36,280 bases of DNA from Candidatus Brocadiaceae bacterium. GTDB taxonomy: Bacteria > Planctomycetota > Brocadiia > Brocadiales > Bathyanammoxibiaceae. Under the pieces are notes generated by a model. It worked only from the letters and a program-made list of their open reading frames with translations. It had not been told where the DNA came from and ran no database searches. The stretch covers positions 1 to 36,280 of the forward strand of contig JASEHG010000001.1 in NCBI GenBank assembly GCA_030018855.1, read 5' to 3'. A program made the position numbers and the translations under genes. This document shows positions 30,629-36,280 of the stretch, one piece after another. Position 1 is the first letter of the stretch; each line of letters begins with the position of its first letter.

Positions 30629-30686
30629 GTCAGCAGTCAGTAGTCAGCAAGATTATTGATAGCTGATTACTGACAGCTGACTACTG
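30629..30686. repeat. Heptamer-arm hairpin (GTCAGYA units) filling the spacer between the PpiD-like gene and ribF
   Basis: 11-bp perfect core: cagtagtcagc (30637-30647) pairs with gctgactactg (30676-30686). The ribF ATG is 3 nt downstream. Confidence 0.85.
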
Positions 30687-30689
30687 AAA

Positions 30690-31655
30690 ATGGACGTCCT
30701 TTATGGCATAAAACCCCTGCCCAATAAACTTCACTGGCCCGTAATCACCGTGGGGGGGTTTGACGGCGTACACCTTGGCCACCAGAAGATTATCCAGGAG
30801 ACCAGGGATTGGGCGGCTGAGAGGGGGGGTGAGTCCATAGTAATAACCTTTGAAAGACACCCCAAGGGTATATTAAGCGGAAGCCCACTTAGTTTTATTA
30901 CCTCTCTGGAACATAGATTGGTGTTCTTTCAACGCCTCGGGGTAGACCTTGCCGTAGTCCTTGACTTTAATGAGGTGGCCAGCCTGGAGGCAGAGGATTT
31001 TGTAAGTCGGTTAATTGTCGGTTGGTTGGGCACAAAGGGGTGGGTAATGGGTTTTAATTTCCGTTTCGGAAAAGATAAGGGCGGAGATTTTTCCCTGGCC
31101 TCCAGGCTTTCCCAGCGTTACGGGTTCCAGCTTCGTACCTGTCCCCCCGTAAAGTTTAAAGGAGATATTATTAGTAGTACCAGTATCAGGGAGGCCATCC
31201 TGATGGGAGAGCTGGAGACTGCAGAGGGGATGTTAGGGAGAGCCGTTTCTATCCTTGGTACGGTAGTCCGCGGGAGCGGGAGGGGTAAGGGTTTGGGCTA
31301 TCCCACGGCAAACCTTGACCTCCATCACGAGATAAAACCCCCTGACGGCGTGTACGCCACATGGGTAACTATAAATGGTAAGGATTACCTCTCCCTCACC
31401 AATATTGGCACAAGGCCCACCTTTGAGAGGCCAGGGGGTGAGACGACCACCGAGGTATACATTATTGATTTTGACAAAGACCTCTACGGGGAGGTACTGG
31501 AGGTCAAATTTGTCTACAAGCTCCGAGGAGAGCTAAAATTTACCAGCGCAGAAGCCCTGAAGGCCCAGATGGATAAGGACAAAGAGGAACTCCTCAGCCG
31601 TCTGGGTAAAAAGACCTTGACAAAGGGTGGAGCTACTACTATAATTCTATCGTAA
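30690..31655 (+). CDS. ribF: Bifunctional riboflavin kinase / FMN adenylyltransferase
   Basis: GGFDGVHLGHQ nucleotidyltransferase motif and a C-terminal riboflavin kinase domain (GYPTANL...). Confidence 0.93.
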   Translation: MDVLYGIKPLPNKLHWPVITVGGFDGVHLGHQKIIQETRDWAAERGGESIVITFERHPKGILSGSPLSFITSLEHRLVFFQRLGVDLAVVLDFNEVASLEAEDFVSRLIVGWLGTKGWVMGFNFRFGKDKGGDFSLASRLSQRYGFQLRTCPPVKFKGDIISSTSIREAILMGELETAEGMLGRAVSILGTVVRGSGRGKGLGYPTANLDLHHEIKPPDGVYATWVTINGKDYLSLTNIGTRPTFERPGGETTTEVYIIDFDKDLYGEVLEVKFVYKLRGELKFTSAEALKAQMDKDKEELLSRLGKKTLTKGGATTIILS

Positions 31656-31668
31656 GTTTCTATTCTAT

Positions 31669-31741
31669 GGGCAGATAGCTCAGCTGGTAGAGCACAGGAC
31701 TGAAAATCCTGGTGTCGGCGGTTCAATCCCGCCTCTGCCCA
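31669..31741 (+). tRNA. tRNA-Phe (anticodon GAA), CCA not encoded
   Basis: Hand-folded cloverleaf: acceptor GGGCAGA/TCTGCCC, D stem GCTC/GAGC, anticodon stem CAGGA/TCCTG with loop CTGAAAA, and T stem GGCGG/CCGCC with loop TTCAATC. Confidence 0.95.
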
Positions 31742-31744
31742 CTT

Positions 31745-31772
31745 TTGAAAGATGCGTCATAGCTGCTATTAA
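31745..31772 (+). promoter_or_regulatory. Candidate promoter for the split transketolase genes (TTGAAA, 16 nt, TATTAA)
   Basis: Read on the plus strand, 26 nt upstream of the TTG start. Confidence 0.4.
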
Positions 31773-31797
31773 AAGGCAAGACTAACTAAAAGGCACA

Positions 31798-32619
31798 TTG
31801 AACACCAGGCCCACCACTCAAGAACTCCAGACCAAGGCCAAAGAGATACGCCGCCACATTATCCGCATGCTGGCCAAGGCTGGTTCTGGTCACCCAGGGG
31901 GGTCTCTCTCTGCCACAGACCTCCTTGTGGCCCTCTATTATGGGAAACTCAGACACGACCCCAAAAACCCCAAATGGACTGAGAGGGACAGGTTCGTCCT
32001 CTCCAAGGGTCACGGTTGCCCGGCCCTTTATGCCATCCTGGCTGAGATGGGCTACTTCCCCATAAGTGAGCTAGACACACTACGTCAGTTCGGGAGCCGC
32101 CTCCAGGGGCATCCTGATATGAAGCGGACCCCGGGGATAGAGATATCCAGTGGTTCTCTGGGCCATGGTCTATCGGCAGGCGCAGGTATGGCTATGGCCG
32201 CAAGGATAGATGGCCTGGACTACAGGGTTTATGTCATGCTGGGAGATGGCGAGGTAGAAGAAGGTCAGGTCTGGGAGGCGGCCATGGCCGCAGGGCATTA
32301 CAAACTGGATAACCTCTGCGCCATACTGGACAACAACGGCCTCCAGATAGACGGCCCCATCCACGACGTCATGTCCCCCCTCCCCCTCCTTGAGAAGTGG
32401 GATGCCTTTGGGTGGCATGTAATACATATTGACGGGCACAACATGGCCCAAATACTGGAGGCCTACGACCGGGCCGAGGCCATAAAAGGTAAGCCTACCA
32501 TAATTATTGCCAAAACCGTAAAGGGTAAAGGGGTCTCTTTCATGGAGAATCAGGTGGACTGGCACGGCAAGGCCCCCACCCCTGAACAGGCAGAAAAGGC
32601 CCTGGCAGAACTGGTATAG
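31798..32619 (+). CDS. Transketolase, N-terminal (TPP pyrophosphate-binding) subunit; TTG start
   Basis: SGHPGGSLS, SKGHG and GSLGHGLS motifs. The only in-frame ATG downstream of the TTG start falls too late, at codon 24. Confidence 0.9.
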   Translation: MNTRPTTQELQTKAKEIRRHIIRMLAKAGSGHPGGSLSATDLLVALYYGKLRHDPKNPKWTERDRFVLSKGHGCPALYAILAEMGYFPISELDTLRQFGSRLQGHPDMKRTPGIEISSGSLGHGLSAGAGMAMAARIDGLDYRVYVMLGDGEVEEGQVWEAAMAAGHYKLDNLCAILDNNGLQIDGPIHDVMSPLPLLEKWDAFGWHVIHIDGHNMAQILEAYDRAEAIKGKPTIIIAKTVKGKGVSFMENQVDWHGKAPTPEQAEKALAELV

Positions 32620-32642
32620 TAGCCGCAGGCTTTAGCCTGCGG
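32619..32642. repeat. Palindrome GTAGCCGCAGGCTTTAGCCTGCGG (CGCAGGC family copy 3) in the 44-nt spacer between the transketolase subunit genes
   Basis: It starts at the last base of the TAG stop. Confidence 0.9.
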
Positions 32643-32663
32643 AAACTCTAGGAAGATAATACG

Positions 32664-33635
32664 ATGACAGTAACTACTCCAAAACAGCAACAACAGCCAG
32701 TTAAAAAAGAGGCCACCCGGGATGCCTATGGACAGGCCCTCCTGGAACTGGGCGAGACAAACAAGAACATAGTAGTACTTGACGCAGACCTTGCCAAATC
32801 CACTACTACCCTGAAATTCGGCAAGAAGTTCCCTGAACGCTTCTTTGACATGGGTGTTGCCGAGGCAAATATGATGAATACGGCGGCAGGGTTGGCTACC
32901 TGCGGCAAGATACCCTTTGTCAGCACCTTCTGTATCTTCGCCACCGGGAGGGCCTGGGAACAGGTGAGGAGTACCATATGCTACAGCGGCCTCAACGTAA
33001 AGATAGCGGCCACTCATGGAGGAGTGGCGGTAGGGGCAGATGGTTCTTCACATCAAAGTATAGAAGACTTTGCCCTCATGTCCTCCATCCCCACCATGAC
33101 GGTAATAGAACCTTGCGACTCTATTGAGACCAGGAAGGCCATAAAGGCAGTGGTAGACCACCAGGGGCCTGTTTACATTAGATTGGGCAGATCCCCCTCT
33201 CCTGTGATTACAGAGGAGAGTACCCCATTTGAGATAGGAAAGGCCAATGTCCTCAGGGAAGGCAAGGACGTGACCATAGCGGCCTGTGGTATTATGGTAC
33301 CTAATGCCCTGAAGGCCGCAGAGGACTTATCCGCACGAGGGATAGAGGCCACCGTAATCAATCTCCATACCATTAAACCCTTAGACCGAAAGACCCTGGT
33401 GACGTATGCCAGGAGGACCGGTGCGGTGGTAACCGCAGAACAGCACGTCCTTGAGGGAGGGTTAAGCTCCGCTGTGGCCCTCGCCCTGGCCAGGGAATAC
33501 CCGGTGCCTATGGAGGCAGTAGGTATTGATAACCGTTTCGGTCAGTCGGGAGACCCGGAACTCCTCTTTAAGGAGTACCACCTGACCCCAGACGACATCC
33601 TCCAGGCCGCCCTCAGGGCCTATGGTAGGAAATAA
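32664..33635 (+). CDS. Transketolase, C-terminal (pyrimidine-binding plus C-terminal domain) subunit
   Basis: FFDMGVAEANM, and typical length and adjacency. Confidence 0.9.
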   Translation: MTVTTPKQQQQPVKKEATRDAYGQALLELGETNKNIVVLDADLAKSTTTLKFGKKFPERFFDMGVAEANMMNTAAGLATCGKIPFVSTFCIFATGRAWEQVRSTICYSGLNVKIAATHGGVAVGADGSSHQSIEDFALMSSIPTMTVIEPCDSIETRKAIKAVVDHQGPVYIRLGRSPSPVITEESTPFEIGKANVLREGKDVTIAACGIMVPNALKAAEDLSARGIEATVINLHTIKPLDRKTLVTYARRTGAVVTAEQHVLEGGLSSAVALALAREYPVPMEAVGIDNRFGQSGDPELLFKEYHLTPDDILQAALRAYGRK

Positions 33636-33641
33636 AAGGCG

Positions 33642-33706
33642 TAATTGTAAAATGAAGATTGGTCCGCCTTAGGCGGATTAAAATTTCCAATTTCCAATCT
33701 TAAATT
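33642..33706. repeat. Heptamer-arm hairpin (AATTTCC units) tipped by TCCGCCTTAGGCGGA (33663-33677)
   Basis: aagattgg (33655-33662) pairs with ccaatctt (33694-33701), around a perfect 15-nt palindrome. Confidence 0.8.
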
Positions 33707-33726
33707 TCTTGATAGGATAGATAGGG

Positions 33727-35085
33727 ATGTTCTGTATAAACAATACAAAACCCATGGCACTTAATATACTCCCCCTCATAGTAGCCCTCTTATTCCTCCT
33801 CTCCTCCCCTTGTCTTGCAGAAGAAGTGGCATCCGCCCCAGGCGGACCCCCACCCCTACCATCATACGACGAGTATTACAAGAATTATGAGGAGTTCGTA
33901 AGGGTAGTAAAACTCATCCAGGAGAAATACGTAAAGGACATAAAACTCCCGGAACTCTTTCAGGGGGCTTACAGGGGTATGCTGGAGGGGTTAGACCCTT
34001 ACAGCCAATTCTTTGGCCCCGAGGAACTGGAAGAACTGAAGGTAGAGACAGAGGGAAAGTTCGGGGGACTGGGCATTGAGGTTGTCATCCGGGACGGTGT
34101 CCTCTACGTCATCAGCCCTATCCTGGACAGTCCTGCCTTTAGGGCTGGGGTAATGGTGGGGGACAGGATAATAAAGATTGAAGGGACGTCTACTGAGAAC
34201 ATGAGCCTCAGAGACGCCGTCAGGCGTCTCAGGGGAGAACCTAGCACAGGCGTAACCATCACTGTAGTCCACCAGGGAGAGACACAAGCGGTAGATATTG
34301 TCATCGTCCGGGACATTATCCAGGTCCACTGCATACGGGGCGCCAGGATACTGGACGAGGAGGCAAAGATAGGTTACATGGCCCTTACCAGCTTCCAGGA
34401 TAATACCCTGGAGGAGATGGACAAGGCCGTTAATGAGCTTATGGGTAAAGGGATGAAGGCCCTTATCCTTGACCTGCGCTTCAACCCTGGGGGACTGTTA
34501 AACATGGCCGTAGCGGTATCGGATAGATTCCTCTCCCAGGGAGTTATAGTATCCACTAAAGGGAGGGAAGAAGAACAAAATCAGGTCTACTTAGCTACGG
34601 AAGGCGGTACCTATTCAGACCTCCCCCTTGTAATCCTGGTAAATAATGGAAGCGCCAGCGCAGCAGAGATAGTGGCCGGTGCAATACAGGACTACAAACG
34701 CGGACTCATTGTGGGCACCAAGACCTTTGGAAAAGGCTCGGTCCAAAGCCTCATCGGGGTGGAAGAGGAGCATTGTGCCTTGAAGCTCACCACCGCCTTG
34801 TACTACACCCCCTCAGGTAAATCCATTGACCACATCGGTATAGAGCCGGACGTAAAGGTGGAACTAACCCCTGCCGAGACCAAGTCACTCCACGAGTACC
34901 TTAGCAAGGTGAACATTACCAGTCAAACTGGAGAACAATTACCCCAGGAGGATACATTTGTAGACCTCCAACTCCATCGGGCCATTGAAATTATAAAAGA
35001 GGGAAAATTTTCTTTGTATCTCCTTAGCTCTGTAGAGGCAATTCATGAATCGCCCCGACTAAAAGATGTTAATCCTGGGCATTGA
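33727..35085 (+). CDS. S41-family carboxyl-terminal processing protease with PDZ domain
   Basis: Signal peptide, PDZ region GGLGIEV, LILDLRFNPGG, the Ser site GSASAAEI and the Lys site TFGKGSVQ. Confidence 0.9.
   Translation: MFCINNTKPMALNILPLIVALLFLLSSPCLAEEVASAPGGPPPLPSYDEYYKNYEEFVRVVKLIQEKYVKDIKLPELFQGAYRGMLEGLDPYSQFFGPEELEELKVETEGKFGGLGIEVVIRDGVLYVISPILDSPAFRAGVMVGDRIIKIEGTSTENMSLRDAVRRLRGEPSTGVTITVVHQGETQAVDIVIVRDIIQVHCIRGARILDEEAKIGYMALTSFQDNTLEEMDKAVNELMGKGMKALILDLRFNPGGLLNMAVAVSDRFLSQGVIVSTKGREEEQNQVYLATEGGTYSDLPLVILVNNGSASAAEIVAGAIQDYKRGLIVGTKTFGKGSVQSLIGVEEEHCALKLTTALYYTPSGKSIDHIGIEPDVKVELTPAETKSLHEYLSKVNITSQTGEQLPQEDTFVDLQLHRAIEIIKEGKFSLYLLSSVEAIHESPRLKDVNPGH
33825..33851 (+). repeat. 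In-frame copy of the TCCGCC-N3-GGCGGA module just after the signal peptide (encodes VASAPGGPP)
   Basis: AGTGGCATCCGCCCCAGGCGGACCCCC, with TCCGCC/GGCGGA as a perfect 6-bp stem. Confidence 0.8.
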
Positions 35086-36073
35086 GACCTCTTGCGACGA
35101 GACTTCCGTCGCAGTAGTAGAAGATGGACTCTCCGTCCGTTCCAACCTCGTCAGCACTCAGGAGAGACTCCATCTAAAGTATGGAGGAGTGGTACCAGAG
35201 ATAGCCTGCCGTGCCCACCTGGAGTCCCTCCTCCCCATCCTGGACGAGGCCATGAAGACCGCAGGGATAACCCTGAACGACCTGGACGCAGTAGCAGTAA
35301 CCACCACCCCCGGCCTCATTGGGGCACTCCTCATAGGGGTAACTGCGGCCAAGGCACTGGCCTGGACACTCAAGATACCTTTAATAGCGGTGCACCACCT
35401 CCACGCCCATATCTTTGCGGCTAAACTAGAACATGGCAAGGCTATGGAATTCCCCTGTCTCAGTCTGGTAGTCTCAGGGGGGCACACCAGCCTCTTCCTG
35501 AGCAGTAAAGAGACCCGGCACGAACTACTAGGGGCCACCCTTGACGATGCCGCAGGAGAGGCCTTTGATAAGGTGGCCAAACTGCTCGGCCTGGGTTATC
35601 CAGGCGGCCCAGCCATTGACAGCATTGCCAGAGAAGGAGACCCCGCACGTGTACCCTTCCCCCGCTCTTACCTGGAGCCTGGCTCTCTGGACTTCAGCTT
35701 CAGCGGACTAAAGACTGCCGTACTTTACCATTACCAGGGACTAGTAGGGGCACGTTGCAACGTGCCCCTACCCCGAAAAGAACTGGCTGACCTTGCGGCC
35801 AGCTTCCAGGAGGCCGTGGTGGACGTCCTGGTTGAAAAGACCCTCCTGGCCTTGAGAAAATACCCCGTAAAGGGAGTGGCCCTCGGGGGGGGTGTAGCCT
35901 CTAACTCTAGACTCAGGAAAAGACTCTCACTGGCCCTGGAAGGACGTCATATCAGGCCGTACTTCCCTCCTCCCGCACTCTGTACAGACAATGCCGCCAT
36001 TGTGGCGGGCCTGGCCTACTATAAATATCTGGAAGGAGAGCTTGCCTCCCTGGAGGTGGAGGCCGCGGCGTAA
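35066..36073 (+). CDS. tsaD: tRNA N6-adenosine threonylcarbamoyltransferase
   Basis: LGIETSCDETS N-terminus, HHLHAH metal motif, GGVASN and CTDNAA. It overlaps the protease gene by 20 nt. Confidence 0.95.
   Translation: MLILGIETSCDETSVAVVEDGLSVRSNLVSTQERLHLKYGGVVPEIACRAHLESLLPILDEAMKTAGITLNDLDAVAVTTTPGLIGALLIGVTAAKALAWTLKIPLIAVHHLHAHIFAAKLEHGKAMEFPCLSLVVSGGHTSLFLSSKETRHELLGATLDDAAGEAFDKVAKLLGLGYPGGPAIDSIAREGDPARVPFPRSYLEPGSLDFSFSGLKTAVLYHYQGLVGARCNVPLPRKELADLAASFQEAVVDVLVEKTLLALRKYPVKGVALGGGVASNSRLRKRLSLALEGRHIRPYFPPPALCTDNAAIVAGLAYYKYLEGELASLEVEAAA
35741..35771 (+). repeat. Perfect 28-bp palindrome GTAGGGGCACGTTGCAACGTGCCCCTAC (35744-35771) plus a shared CTA lead-in, in frame within tsaD (encodes LVGARCNVPL)
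   Basis: Matches the intergenic element at 13805-13835 at 29 of 31 nt. Confidence 0.9.
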
Positions 36074-36133
36074 AGAGACTCTTCTATCTGATGTCATTCT
36101 GAGCGAAGCGAAGAATCTCAGGAGTTGGGCGTA

Positions 36134-36280
36134 ATGGACATAGATGATATAAAGGACTTGCTTAGTAAGGTCCAAAAGGGGAAGGTCTCCCTGGCGGAGG
36201 CCCTGAAGCACCTCAAGGACCTCCCCTACAAGGACATAGGCTTTGCCAGGGTGGATAGCCACAGGGCCCTGCGATGTGGG
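36134..36280 (+). CDS. Partial CDS (N-terminal 49 codons); probable LarB-like / PurE-family (COG1691) protein
   Basis: The frame is open from the ATG at 36134 to the window end. DIGFARVDSHRALRCG resembles the N-terminal region of LarB-type AIR-carboxylase-like proteins. The short fragment limits confidence. Confidence 0.45.
   Translation, partial: MDIDDIKDLLSKVQKGKVSLAEALKHLKDLPYKDIGFARVDSHRALRCG

Noticed and set aside
521-33706. Possibility that the repeated short units represent CRISPR arrays.
   Set aside because: Units are 7-9 nt and directly tandem, with no unique spacers of 25-40 nt. They are arranged as complementary arms. No cas genes are present.
36094-36122. Motif GTCATTCTGAGCGAAGCGAAGAATCTCAGG between tsaD and the larB-like gene, as a possible additional repeat family or terminator.
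   Set aside because: There is only one copy in the window, and only short (5-bp) complementary segments. That is not enough evidence to call a feature.

Overview
This is a 36.3-kb core-chromosome segment from an unidentified diderm bacterium. It is roughly 50% GC. Arg codons are mostly AGG/AGA and the proteins are rich in Glu and Lys, which suggests a thermophile; I cannot assign a taxon from sequence alone. I see no transposase, phage, CRISPR or recognisable defence genes.

Gene content, left to right:
- Partial NapH-type 4Fe-4S membrane protein, an AIR-synthase-like protein, and a convergent geranylgeranyl-reductase-like flavoprotein.
- A minus-strand housekeeping run: rpmE-prfA-prmC-murA, then ffh and rpsP.
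- ccsA-resB (system II cytochrome c biogenesis).
- Two tandem CNNM/DUF21-CBS transporter genes.
- An approximately 14.7-kb co-directional minus-strand glycogen block, in transcription order: GH57 no.3, GalT-like, glgA, GH57 no.2, GAF-PAS-GAF histidine kinase, receiver-only response regulator, glgC, DUF4912, GH57 branching enzyme, and two class-II-like c-type cytochromes.
- On the plus strand: a PpiD-like chaperone, ribF, tRNA-Phe, split transketolase, S41 protease, tsaD and a partial larB-like gene.

The most unusual signal is in the non-coding DNA, not in any gene.
- Nearly every spacer is a long imperfect hairpin whose arms are tandem heptanucleotide repeats. The heptamer differs from locus to locus.
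- These hairpins are often tipped or accompanied by one of three GC-rich palindrome families: TCCGCC-N3-GGCGGA, CGCAGGCTTNAGCCTGCG and GTAGGGGC...GCCCCTAC.
- Copies of the palindromes also sit in frame inside conserved genes (resB, prmC, the ppiD-like gene, the S41 protease gene and tsaD).
- A 60/63-nt inverted repeat brackets the kinase gene.
- A heptamer array encodes a lipoprotein signal peptide.

The second point of interest is the two-component system embedded in an all-GH57 glycogen operon.

All functional calls rest on motif-level recognition of the supplied translations. No database search was possible.
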